Shown here piece by piece: positions 8,991 to 17,356 of a stretch of DNA of 64,000 nt (the stretch's first letter is position 1; each line of letters begins with the position of its first letter). Origin of the DNA: Chloroflexota bacterium (GTDB lineage Bacteria > Chloroflexota > Limnocylindria > Limnocylindrales > CSP1-4); the NCBI GenBank assembly GCA_034436555.1, contig DAOTUU010000021.1, forward strand, positions 36,415-100,414, in the 5' to 3' direction. Both the position numbers and the translations under genes were made by a program. The notes under the pieces are model-generated. The model saw only the letters and a list, made by a program, of their open reading frames with translations, did not search any database and was not told the origin of the DNA.

Positions 8991-9656
8991 CTATCGCGAA
9001 GCGGGCGAGCGCTCGCGGACGGCGGTGGCGGAGTGGTGCTCCGCCTGCTCGGCGGCACGCGCGAGGACCCACAGCAGGTCGGCGAGGCGGTTGAGATACG
9101 GCACCAGCCAGGGTCCCAGGGCGGCGCCGGTGCCAGCGAGCGTGATGGTCCGGCGCTCCGCGCGACGCACCGTGGCCCGGGCGACCTCCAGGGCGGCGGA
9201 GAGTCGCGACTCGCCCGGGACCACGAACTCGCGGGGCATCACGATGCCGGCCTCCGCCTCGGCCAGGGCGGCCTCCAGGCGGTCCAGCATGGTGGCGTCC
9301 ACGCGGGTGACGCCGTCGCGCAGGCGCTCGGTGGCCGACGGGTTCGTGGCCAGTTCCGCGCCCACCACGAACAGCTCCCGCTGGATGCGCAGGATCAGCT
9401 GCGGGAGCCCCGCCAGGGCGTCCGGAAGGGCTCCCGTCGCGACGAGCGCGCCGAGCTCCGCGCGCGCCACGCCAAGCGCCGCGACTGCCTCGTCCACCGT
9501 GCCGTACGCCTCGGTGCGGGGGTCATCCTTGGAGACGCGGCCACCGTACAGCAGGCCCGTGGTGCCGTCGTCCCCCTTGCCCGTCGCGACGACCGACGCC
9601 GCGATCGCCGGACGCCGGCCGCCGGCCGATCCCGCCGGGTCGGCGGGTCCTACCAC
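8991..9656 (-). CDS. Cob(I)alamin adenosyltransferase, PduO type
   Basis: TGKGDDGTTGLLYGGRVSKDDPRTEAYGTVDE, RATVRRAER and YLNRLADLLW motifs. Confidence 0.9.
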   Translation of the reverse strand: MVGPADPAGSAGGRRPAIAASVVATGKGDDGTTGLLYGGRVSKDDPRTEAYGTVDEAVAALGVARAELGALVATGALPDALAGLPQLILRIQRELFVVGAELATNPSATERLRDGVTRVDATMLDRLEAALAEAEAGIVMPREFVVPGESRLSAALEVARATVRRAERRTITLAGTGAALGPWLVPYLNRLADLLWVLARAAEQAEHHSATAVRERSPASR

Positions 9657-10003
9657 ATCAGGCCCGCGTCCCGGGGGTCCCAGCGCTCGGCGAGCAGGGT
9701 GACCTTGACCTCGTGCTCCTCGACCTCCTCGGCCGCCTCCTTGACCTGCTGCATCATCGATCCGGCATAGGGACAGAAGGGCGTCGTCAGGATCATCTTG
9801 ACCTCTGTCAGATCGTCCCCCAGGAGCACCTGGCGGATGAGCGCCAGCTCCACCACGTTCATGCCGATCTCGGGGTCCACGACCGAGCGGAGTGCGTCGA
9901 GGATGGCCAGCTCGCGGGCACGTCGGACCGGGTCGACGGCGGGTTGGTCCGTGGGTGTGACGATCGAGCCGAACGCGTCGGTGGCGACCTTCTGGTCGGT
10001 CAT
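9650..10003 (-). CDS. SufT/MIP18 (DUF59) Fe-S maturation factor
   Basis: VVDPEIGMNVVELALI and LTTPFCP motifs. Confidence 0.88.
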   Translation of the reverse strand: MTDQKVATDAFGSIVTPTDQPAVDPVRRARELAILDALRSVVDPEIGMNVVELALIRQVLLGDDLTEVKMILTTPFCPYAGSMMQQVKEAAEEVEEHEVKVTLLAERWDPRDAGLMW

Positions 10004-10061
10004 GGTGTGCGCTGCCTCATGCGGGAGGCTCAAATCCTACCATCCCGATCAGGTATCGCGG

Positions 10062-11681
10062 TCAGGGCCAGCGGTAGCGACCACCCAGCTGCCGGACGAG
10101 CTCCGACTCGAGCGCGTCCCGGGTCGCACCGTCGGATGGACTGCTCGCGAGGCTGTCCAGGAGATCGGGGTCCGCGGCCAGGTCGTAGAGCTCGCTCTCG
10201 CCGTTCCGGTAGCGCACGAACAGCCAGGCGCCCATGGGGTGCTCCGGCGCCGTCCGGAGCGCGAACCAGCCCGGTCGGTGGGACGCGTGCCAGTTGTTGG
10301 CGGGGTGGCTGGAGATCGTCGTGAGCCTGCCCGTGGGAGCGGCATCCCGGAACGCCGCCAGCACGGACACGCCGTCCGGGTGCCGCTGGCCGGTGGGGAA
10401 GCGGCGGAGCCGACAGCCCGCGATGGCGCACACAGTGGGCGCGAGATCCACCATGGACACCAGACCGGTGTGACGTCGGATGCCGTCCGCGCCCGGGTCG
10501 GGTCGCGCGCCCCCAGGCCAGTTCACCATCAGCGGGATGGGCGCGGCATACGGGCTGCCCTTCGCCTTCAGCCGGTGCAGGCCCATGTTCATGCCGTTGT
10601 CGGACACGAGGACGAACACGGTGCGGTCGAGCCGGCCCTGGCGGGCGAGCTCCGACCGGACCGCGCCCAGGAGCTGATCCGCGGAGAGCAGCGTCTCGCA
10701 GATCGGGACGAGCGGCCACCCATCCGCGAGGTCGCCCCGGAGGCGCGCACCGTGGCGCAGGAATGCCGGCTTGTCGCTGACGTCCGCCTCATCGGTGGCG
10801 GCCGTCCGGAAGCGAGGCAGGCCTGCGCACCTTCGATCGTCCCGGTGCCGCGGCGCGGGCACGCCGTATCGCTCGAAGGACCCGACCTGGTCGAAGCCGC
10901 TGTGCGATGCGTACGGGGCCAGCACCGCGAACAGCGGACGGTCGCGCGGCGCCGCCTGGAGGAAGGCGACCGCGTCCCTGGTCACCACGTCCGTGCTGTA
11001 GTCGGAGGTCGCCGTGCCGTGCCACTCGGGGTGGCCGTCGCGCCAGTAGGGGTAGCGGTAGTAGCGGCCCTCGAAGATCGCCGAGCGCGACCATCCGTCG
11101 GGCGTCTTGTCGGGCAGCGCCGGCATGGCGTTGAGGTACTTGCCCGCGTAGATCGTGGTGTAGCCGGCACGCTGCATCGCCGTGGCGATCGTCTCGTCAT
11201 CGTGGAACAGGCGGGCGTCGTTTCGGATCACGCCGTGGTGCCACGTCCAGAGGCCCGTGAGGAAGGAGGCACGGCCTGGACAGCACATCGGCGTGTCACC
11301 GATGGCCTGGGTGAAGACCGTGCCACGCTGCAGGAACGTGCGTCGGATCACCGGAAGGCGCTGGAACAGTCCCTCGCCGACCTGGCCCACGTCGTCGAGC
11401 AGCAGCACCACCACGTCCAGTCGCGGCGGGTCCTCCTCCACGGGCGGATCGGTCGGCTCCTCGCGCTGGACCGCGACGGGCATGGGCGGTGCCACGTCGA
11501 TGGCGCGGACGCGGACGGCGGACCCGGGCGATGGGTCACCGATGGCGCGGACCGGGGAGAGGCCAGCGACCAGGATCGCCGCGAGCACGACGGGGATGCC
11601 GGCCGCGCAGATCGACCGCCTCACGCCCGGTCGCGCGTGCCGACCGGGCTTCATCCGAGTGTCGCTGCCCAGGCCCCCCAT
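10062..11681 (-). CDS. Secreted sulfatase (formylglycine-dependent family)
   Basis: N-terminal hydrophobic leader; VLLLDD, CCPGRASFLTG (CxPxR), GKYLN, SDNG and ELYDLAADP motifs. Confidence 0.85.
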   Translation of the reverse strand: MGGLGSDTRMKPGRHARPGVRRSICAAGIPVVLAAILVAGLSPVRAIGDPSPGSAVRVRAIDVAPPMPVAVQREEPTDPPVEEDPPRLDVVVLLLDDVGQVGEGLFQRLPVIRRTFLQRGTVFTQAIGDTPMCCPGRASFLTGLWTWHHGVIRNDARLFHDDETIATAMQRAGYTTIYAGKYLNAMPALPDKTPDGWSRSAIFEGRYYRYPYWRDGHPEWHGTATSDYSTDVVTRDAVAFLQAAPRDRPLFAVLAPYASHSGFDQVGSFERYGVPAPRHRDDRRCAGLPRFRTAATDEADVSDKPAFLRHGARLRGDLADGWPLVPICETLLSADQLLGAVRSELARQGRLDRTVFVLVSDNGMNMGLHRLKAKGSPYAAPIPLMVNWPGGARPDPGADGIRRHTGLVSMVDLAPTVCAIAGCRLRRFPTGQRHPDGVSVLAAFRDAAPTGRLTTISSHPANNWHASHRPGWFALRTAPEHPMGAWLFVRYRNGESELYDLAADPDLLDSLASSPSDGATRDALESELVRQLGGRYRWP

Positions 11682-11693
11682 CCCGGCGCGCGT

Positions 11694-12041
11694 CTAGCGG
11701 CGCGTGACGACTGGCGGGGGCTCTCGCGCGGCGTCCACGACGGCCGCGGCGGTGCGCAGGTGTCCGGGCAGGCTGGCCGCCTCCTCCGGGGTGAATCCGG
11801 GTCCGTCGAGTGATCCGTCCGGTGCGACGTGCGGCGCATAGCGGTCGGCATGGCCAGCGGCATACAGGAAGGCCTCCGCGATGCCGACACGACGCAGCTC
11901 CGGATGCTCCGCCAGCATCCGCGATGGCGTCATGCCCGCCGAGCGCATCTCCAGGAGGTTGCGCACGGTCAGGCGCGTCCCGTAGCAGAAGGGCTCGCCA
12001 TTCATCACCAACGGGTCCGACTTGACCCACTTGATGGTCAT
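11694..12041 (-). CDS. DUF433-family small HTH protein
   Basis: DPLVMNGEPFCYGTRLTV..LL....G.T...ML.EHPEL....I.EA..YAA matches the DUF433 pattern; TGATG overlap with the upstream gene. Confidence 0.78.
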   Translation of the reverse strand: MTIKWVKSDPLVMNGEPFCYGTRLTVRNLLEMRSAGMTPSRMLAEHPELRRVGIAEAFLYAAGHADRYAPHVAPDGSLDGPGFTPEEAASLPGHLRTAAAVVDAAREPPPVVTRR

Positions 12042-12544
12042 CAGACGACCGTGTCGTCGCCGAGCCCGGCGCCCTTCCAGATGAGGCGGACGAGCGCGTT
12101 GCCCTTGTGATCCCCGGGCAGGCGCGCGTGTCGGCGCAGGCGCGCGATCCACGCGGCGAAGTAGCGGTCCGCGATCTCCGCGTCCGCGGCCGGCAGCGCG
12201 CCGCCGACGGCCTCGCGCAGCCCGCTGACGATGGAGATGACGTCATTCATGCGGATGCCGCGACGGCGGTAGGACGGCACGATGGTCTCCGCGTAGATGA
12301 CCACGAACCGCTCCTCGCCCGTCTCCAGCGCGCGGGCGAGCTGCTCCAGGTTGCGATCGTGGTCGCGCAGGATGCGCCGCAGCATCATCTCGTCATGACG
12401 CTGCGCGAACGTGGCATCGAGGGCGAGCGTCGCCTCCAGGGCGATCCGCGCCAGGCGATCCCGCTGGGCGCGCAGCCGAGCGGCGGCCTCGGGGCGGCCA
12501 GCATGGATGTCGGAGGGGGGCAGCCCCAGGAGCGGATGCGGCAT
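12041..12544 (-). CDS. All-helical hypothetical protein, possible globin/phycobiliprotein-like fold
   Basis: ILRDHDRNLEQLARALETGEERFVVIYAETIVPSYRRRGIRMNDVISIVSGLREAV resembles globin-fold helices. A TAGACT element lies 8 nt upstream of the ATG. Confidence 0.6.
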   Translation of the reverse strand: MPHPLLGLPPSDIHAGRPEAAARLRAQRDRLARIALEATLALDATFAQRHDEMMLRRILRDHDRNLEQLARALETGEERFVVIYAETIVPSYRRRGIRMNDVISIVSGLREAVGGALPAADAEIADRYFAAWIARLRRHARLPGDHKGNALVRLIWKGAGLGDDTVV

Positions 12545-12576
12545 CAGGGGAGAGTCTACCGTCTCCGCGCGCGGAT

Positions 12577-12685
12577 GGGAGGCGCCTGGGCTCACGGCGG
12601 GTGGCGCCTGGGCGGGCGGGAGGCGCCTGCGCGGGCGGGCGGGAGGCGCCTGGGCTCACGGCGGGAGGCGCCTGGGCTCACGGGC
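12577..12685. repeat. Degenerate tandem repeat, core gggaggcgcctgggctcacggc
   Basis: About five imperfect copies in intergenic DNA. Confidence 0.75.
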
Positions 12686-12944
12686 GGGCCGCGGGGTGCT
12701 GGACGATCGTGGCCAGGTCCGGAGGTGCGCGCCGCCACCGGTGCCCTGCGTGCGCGCCATGCCATCCCACGCCGCTCGCGCAACCCGATCGGCCGGTCCG
12801 GTGAGCGGCCACGGGCGCCCGGTCTCACCCCCGACCGCGGTGATCCGGGCCCCGGAGCGGACCAGTGCGGCCGGACTCACCCATCCGGTCCATGGAGCGG
12901 CCCGGACCGACGTGTCGACCCCTGACGCTCGACCCTCATGGCCG

Positions 12945-13056
12945 CTGAACGGCCCGCGGCAGGGCGTCGCGTGTGAACGGCCGCGGCAGCGCGCCGGGAG
13001 CTGAACGGCCGCGGCAGGGCGCCGCGTGTGATCGGCCGCGGCAGGGCGCCGCGTGG
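12945..13056. repeat. Tandem repeat, unit about 27 bp (tgaacggccgcggcagggcgccgcgtg)
   Basis: Four imperfect consecutive copies. Confidence 0.75.
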
Positions 13057-13201
13057 ACACCTCCGGCCGCCTGCCCTCGTCGTCACCGGCCCATAGTCCA
13101 CCGACCCGGCTCATCCACCCGCGCCATCGCCGACCACGCGACCGGCGTTCCCGAGCGACGACGGAGCCGTGGGCGCGCCGGCGGCAGGTAGCATGGGCGG
13201 C

Positions 13202-13822
13202 ATGACGGCGCCCGACCCCCCTTCGTCGAGCCGAGGCCCCGGCGCCCCGAGCGAGCTCACCCCCGCACGCCCGCAGCCCGGCGAGACCATCCCGGCGGCG
13301 CGGCGCCCGGGGGCCACCGGATGGACGTTCGGCGCGCGGGCAGACTCACCGGCCGTGGTGGTGGCGCGCCCCGACCTGGTCCGCGCGACCATCCTGGGGC
13401 TCGCCGCGGGCCTGCTCCCGGCGGTGCTCACCGCCCTGGTCCTCGCGGTGCTGTCGGTGACCGTCGGGCTCATCGCGATCGCGGTGCTGGGAGGGTGGCT
13501 GGTCGGTCTGGGCGTGCGGACCGGTGCGTGGTCGGGCCGGCCCCATCCGCCGTCCCGGGCACCTCTGGCGCTTGCCGCGACGCTGGGGGCGATCACCTGG
13601 GTGGCTGGTCTCGTCCTCGCCTGGATCGTCTCGATGGTCACCCTGCCGGCGTCCTCGATGGGTGTGCCCGATCGCCTGGTCGCCAATCCGTTCCTCGACT
13701 GGTTGAGCCCGCAGCTGGGCCCCATCGACCTGGTGCAGCTGGTGCTCCTGGTGAGCCTGGCGTGGGTGGCCGCACACACCACCGACCTCGAGCGTGAGGC
13801 GGCGCGCATCCCGCGGCGATAG
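13202..13822 (+). CDS. Hypothetical integral membrane protein
   Basis: About four hydrophobic helices; TAGCAT 7 nt before ATG 13202. Confidence 0.7.
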   Translation: MTAPDPPSSSRGPGAPSELTPARPQPGETIPAARRPGATGWTFGARADSPAVVVARPDLVRATILGLAAGLLPAVLTALVLAVLSVTVGLIAIAVLGGWLVGLGVRTGAWSGRPHPPSRAPLALAATLGAITWVAGLVLAWIVSMVTLPASSMGVPDRLVANPFLDWLSPQLGPIDLVQLVLLVSLAWVAAHTTDLEREAARIPRR

Positions 13823-13840
13823 CGCGACGCGGCGCGGGGT

Positions 13841-13885
13841 GAGGCCGCGATGGGAACCGAGGGCCGCGATGGGAACCGAGGGCCG
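13841..13885. repeat. 19-bp direct tandem repeat (gccgcgatgggaaccgagg), two copies
   Basis: Visible duplication between convergent genes. Confidence 0.7.
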
Positions 13886-13951
13886 GGACGAGGCCGCGGG
13901 CGAGGCGCGGCGCGCGGCGGGGCCGTGGTCCGAACCGAGGGGATGCCGACG

Positions 13952-14284
13952 TCAGGCGTGGGCGGGCGTCTCGCCGCGGAAGGGCATCCCCTCCTCGACC
14001 GCCCGGAGGCTCATCCGGAGCACCGCGGTCTTCTGGGCAGCCACCTCGCGGACGTAGGCCGCCTCCTCGTCCGGGCGCATCGGTCGGCCGCGCACCGCGC
14101 CCCGCGGTCGACCCACCGACAGCCAGGACAGGTGATAGCGATCCATGGAGCCCCAGGCCGTGCTCAGCAGGTCGTCCGAGAGCTGCAGCCACAGGCGAAG
14201 CCCGCCCAGCGAGGGAGCGGCCTGGAGCCTGTCGCCCTCGTCGGCCAGGCGGCGAGTCTCGGTGATGAGCTGCGTCCGCGTCAT
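13952..14284 (-). CDS. Hypothetical protein
   Basis: MTRTQLITETRRLADEGD...DRYHLSWL...MPFRGE has protein-like composition; GATGAT 7 nt upstream of the ATG. Confidence 0.65.
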   Translation of the reverse strand: MTRTQLITETRRLADEGDRLQAAPSLGGLRLWLQLSDDLLSTAWGSMDRYHLSWLSVGRPRGAVRGRPMRPDEEAAYVREVAAQKTAVLRMSLRAVEEGMPFRGETPAHA

Positions 14285-14322
14285 GCGTCCTATCATCGGG
14301 CCGAGGGAGGCGCCGCGCAGCG

Positions 14323-15492
14323 ATGATCATTCCGGGACCCACCATCGAGGCATCGTCGATCCGACCGATCGCCCCGGTCGATCGTCCGCGTCACCGCACC
14401 CCGGACCTTGCGGCCATCGGCGCTCCTGCGCGGGAGGCGATCGACGCGGGGGTCATCCCGTGTGCGGTCATCGGCGTGTCGGATGCCTGGGGCACCCTCC
14501 ACCTCCAGGCGCTCGGTGGGCGGACCGATCGGCCGGCGGTGGACACGCGCTTCTTCCTGGCGTCGGTGACCAAGCCCATCGTGGCGACCGCGGTGATGCA
14601 GCTGGTGGACGAGTCGCGCCTCGACCTCCAGGCGCCCCTCGTGCGGGTGCTGCCCGAGCTGGGCGGCCATCCCTGGCGCGAGCGGATCAACGCCTGGCAC
14701 GTGCTGACGCACACCGCGGGCCTTGGTGACGTCCCGCCCGACGTGCTCCGGAGGCAGCGGCCGGGATACCGCAGGATGCTCGAGAAGGTGGTGGGGGAGG
14801 AGCCGGCCTGGGAACCGGGCTCCCGGTTCCGCTACTGCTCCGACTCCTTCTACCTGCTCGCGGAGGCGATCGCACGACTGACCGGGATGCGCTTTCCGAT
14901 GGCGCTGCGGCGGCGACTGCTCGATCCGCTGGGCATGGAGACGACCACCTTCGACATGCGCGCGGAGCGATCCCGGACCCTCCCGGTGCATGGCATCCCG
15001 ATGCGCAACGTGGTGATGCGGCAGCTGACGCTGCGTTTCCTGGCGAGCGCGACGCTGCCGGGGGGCGGACTGTTCGCGACGGCCGAGGATCTGCTGCGGT
15101 TCGGACGGGCGATGCTGCCGCGGAGAGGACAGGATGGTCCGCGGGTGCTGTCACAGGCGTGCATCGACGAGATGCTGCGGGAGCAGACGATCGGCATCCC
15201 CGAGGTGCGCGACGACGGGATCGTGCGCGAGCCGCGCTACGCGCTCGGGTGGCGGAAGCGCTCGGAGCGGGCCGCGGGCCGGACGATGGACGGCACGGTC
15301 GACCCCGACCTGGTCATCCCGGCCTCGGCTGGCACGGTGACCCACGGCGGGGCGAGCGGCACGCGCCTGTGGGTGGATCCGGAGCGGGATCTCGTGTTCG
15401 CGTTCCTCACCAACACGTGGCTGGGTGATGACACGCCCTGCCACGAGGTGCTGCGCCGGGTGTATGCGGCGTGGGATGCCGAGGGCGCCTGA
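14323..15492 (+). CDS. Serine hydrolase, beta-lactamase/PBP class C-like family
   Basis: LASVTKP (SxxK), LTHTAG, FRYCS, GGLFATAEDLLRF and HGGASG motifs. Confidence 0.88.
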   Translation: MIIPGPTIEASSIRPIAPVDRPRHRTPDLAAIGAPAREAIDAGVIPCAVIGVSDAWGTLHLQALGGRTDRPAVDTRFFLASVTKPIVATAVMQLVDESRLDLQAPLVRVLPELGGHPWRERINAWHVLTHTAGLGDVPPDVLRRQRPGYRRMLEKVVGEEPAWEPGSRFRYCSDSFYLLAEAIARLTGMRFPMALRRRLLDPLGMETTTFDMRAERSRTLPVHGIPMRNVVMRQLTLRFLASATLPGGGLFATAEDLLRFGRAMLPRRGQDGPRVLSQACIDEMLREQTIGIPEVRDDGIVREPRYALGWRKRSERAAGRTMDGTVDPDLVIPASAGTVTHGGASGTRLWVDPERDLVFAFLTNTWLGDDTPCHEVLRRVYAAWDAEGA

Positions 15493-15525
15493 GAGATCTT
15501 GGGCGCGTCGGGTCCTCGCGGGCGA

Positions 15526-15942
15526 TCAGGGGATCGCGCCTTCCTCCAGCGCGAACGTGCGAAGGCGCTCCATGCACGCGTCCAGGAGTCGCCCGCACTG
15601 GCGCATGACCCAGGGGTCCACGCGCGACGAGTCCTCGATCTCAAGGGTGGCGCCTGCGGCATCCTCGGCCAGCTCGAACCCGCCGCTGTTCCGGAAGTCG
15701 CTCAGCCAGTTGGCCTGGAGCTGCACGATGGCCGCGATCACCGCGCCACGCGAGAACGACCAGTCCAGGTAGTCGGCGTTGAGCCGGTCCACGATGTCCC
15801 GGACCCGGACTGGCTCGCCGCGCGGGATGCGCGCGACCAGGTGGACGATCCGCAGGGTCGCGAAGGGGTCTCCCGGCTCGGCGATGGTGGGCGGCTGGAC
15901 GTTGGGGTCGGGCAGGTCGGGCGTCGTGCGGAGGACGAGCAC
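15526..15942 (-). CDS. Hypothetical protein, possibly winged-helix-like
   Basis: Protein-like ORF; TAGGCT 6 nt upstream of the GTG. Confidence 0.6.
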   Translation of the reverse strand: MLVLRTTPDLPDPNVQPPTIAEPGDPFATLRIVHLVARIPRGEPVRVRDIVDRLNADYLDWSFSRGAVIAAIVQLQANWLSDFRNSGGFELAEDAAGATLEIEDSSRVDPWVMRQCGRLLDACMERLRTFALEEGAIP

Positions 15943-16083
15943 CGGTCGAGCCTAGCACAGGGCGTCCTGACCACCGATGCGCCTGCCCGAACACGGGCCG
16001 CCGGGCGAGGCGCCGGACGGGCCGGGGCGCTGGTCCTGTGCGATCGGACCTGACGCCCCGGCATGGGGCGCCGGTCACGGGCG

Positions 16084-17325
16084 TCAGCCGGTGACCCCGG
16101 GGGACGCGAGCTGGACCTGCGGGGCACGCGCCGCCCTCAGCCTCGGAGACAGGCCGAACAGCCCGGTGATGGCCGTGAGCAGCAGTGCGATCGCCATCAT
16201 CGTCGTGCTGCCGCCGAGCGAATCGAGCGCGAGGCCGCCGATGAGCATCCCCACGGGTTGCAGGCCGAGCGACACCACGCGCGCCGTGGAGCTCACCCGA
16301 CCCAACAGCGGATCCGGGGTGATGGTGCTGCGCAGCGTGATGTACGGGATGAGCCACAGCGCCTGTGACAGACCGGACACCGCGACAGCGATGCCCTGGA
16401 TCACGGGATGCTCGGACAGCGCGAACACCCCGAGGGCCAGCGCTCCGACGAGGTTCGCGAGCAGCATCAGCCGGCCCAGCGGACCCCTCACCAGTCGTGC
16501 CGCCAGGAGCGCCCCGGCCAGGTACCCGATGCTGAACATCGCCAGCATCACCCCCACGGCCTCCGATCCCGCCTGTCGGTCGACCGTCAGGAAGTAGATG
16601 GCCGCCGCCGTAAGCGGCGCGGTGGTCACGGACACGGCACCCGCGAAGCCGACCGCGACGCGGAGCGTGGGCTGGCGCACCAGGTAGCGCAGTCCGTCAC
16701 CGATGTCGCGCAGCAGGTGGGGATCCTCGCCGCGTCGGTCCGCGCGCAGGTTCCGGCGCACCGCCGACATGGCCACCGCGGACACCCCGAACGTGGCGGC
16801 ATCGATGAGCAGCGTCCAGCCGGGCCCGATGGTGGTCACGAGCACCCCCGCGATGGCGGGCCCCAGGATGAAGCTCAGGCTGAACACCGCCTCGGCGTAG
16901 GAGCTGGCACGCCCCACCTGGTCGCGCCCCACCAGCGCGGGCATCATCGAGGTCCAGGCCGCCATGAACAGGGCGCGCAGGCAGTTGATGGGGAACACCA
17001 CGAGCAGGATCACCGGCATCGTGGGCCAGCCCAGCAGGTAGGACAGCGGGATGAGCGCGGTCAGCAGCGCCCGACCCAGGTCGGCCCCGATGATCATCCG
17101 ACGACGATCCCAGCGGTCGGCCAGGGCGCCTGCCGGCAGGCCGAACAGCAGGTCGGGCAGGGTGGACAGGACTCCCACGATGCCCATGGCCACACCAGAC
17201 CCGGTGAGCGCGACCACGATCAGCGGGAGGGCCGTGAACGTGATGGCGTCCCCGAACGCGGAGATCCCCTGTCCGCCGAGCACGACGCGGAAGTCGCGGT
17301 CGCGCCACAGGCTCCTGTCGGTCAC
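16084..17325 (-). CDS. MFS transporter (DHA3/macrolide-efflux-like)
   Basis: About 12 TM segments, GALADRWDRRR (MFS motif A) and LLGRVSS. Confidence 0.9.
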   Translation of the reverse strand: MTDRSLWRDRDFRVVLGGQGISAFGDAITFTALPLIVVALTGSGVAMGIVGVLSTLPDLLFGLPAGALADRWDRRRMIIGADLGRALLTALIPLSYLLGWPTMPVILLVVFPINCLRALFMAAWTSMMPALVGRDQVGRASSYAEAVFSLSFILGPAIAGVLVTTIGPGWTLLIDAATFGVSAVAMSAVRRNLRADRRGEDPHLLRDIGDGLRYLVRQPTLRVAVGFAGAVSVTTAPLTAAAIYFLTVDRQAGSEAVGVMLAMFSIGYLAGALLAARLVRGPLGRLMLLANLVGALALGVFALSEHPVIQGIAVAVSGLSQALWLIPYITLRSTITPDPLLGRVSSTARVVSLGLQPVGMLIGGLALDSLGGSTTMMAIALLLTAITGLFGLSPRLRAARAPQVQLASPGVTG

Positions 17326-17356
17326 CTGCGCAAGGCTACCAGCGATCGGGCCCGGT

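Noticed and set aside
14323-15492. Beta-lactam resistance gene
   Set aside because: There is no signal peptide and the family is dominated by esterases/amidases; the motifs do not indicate beta-lactamase activity.
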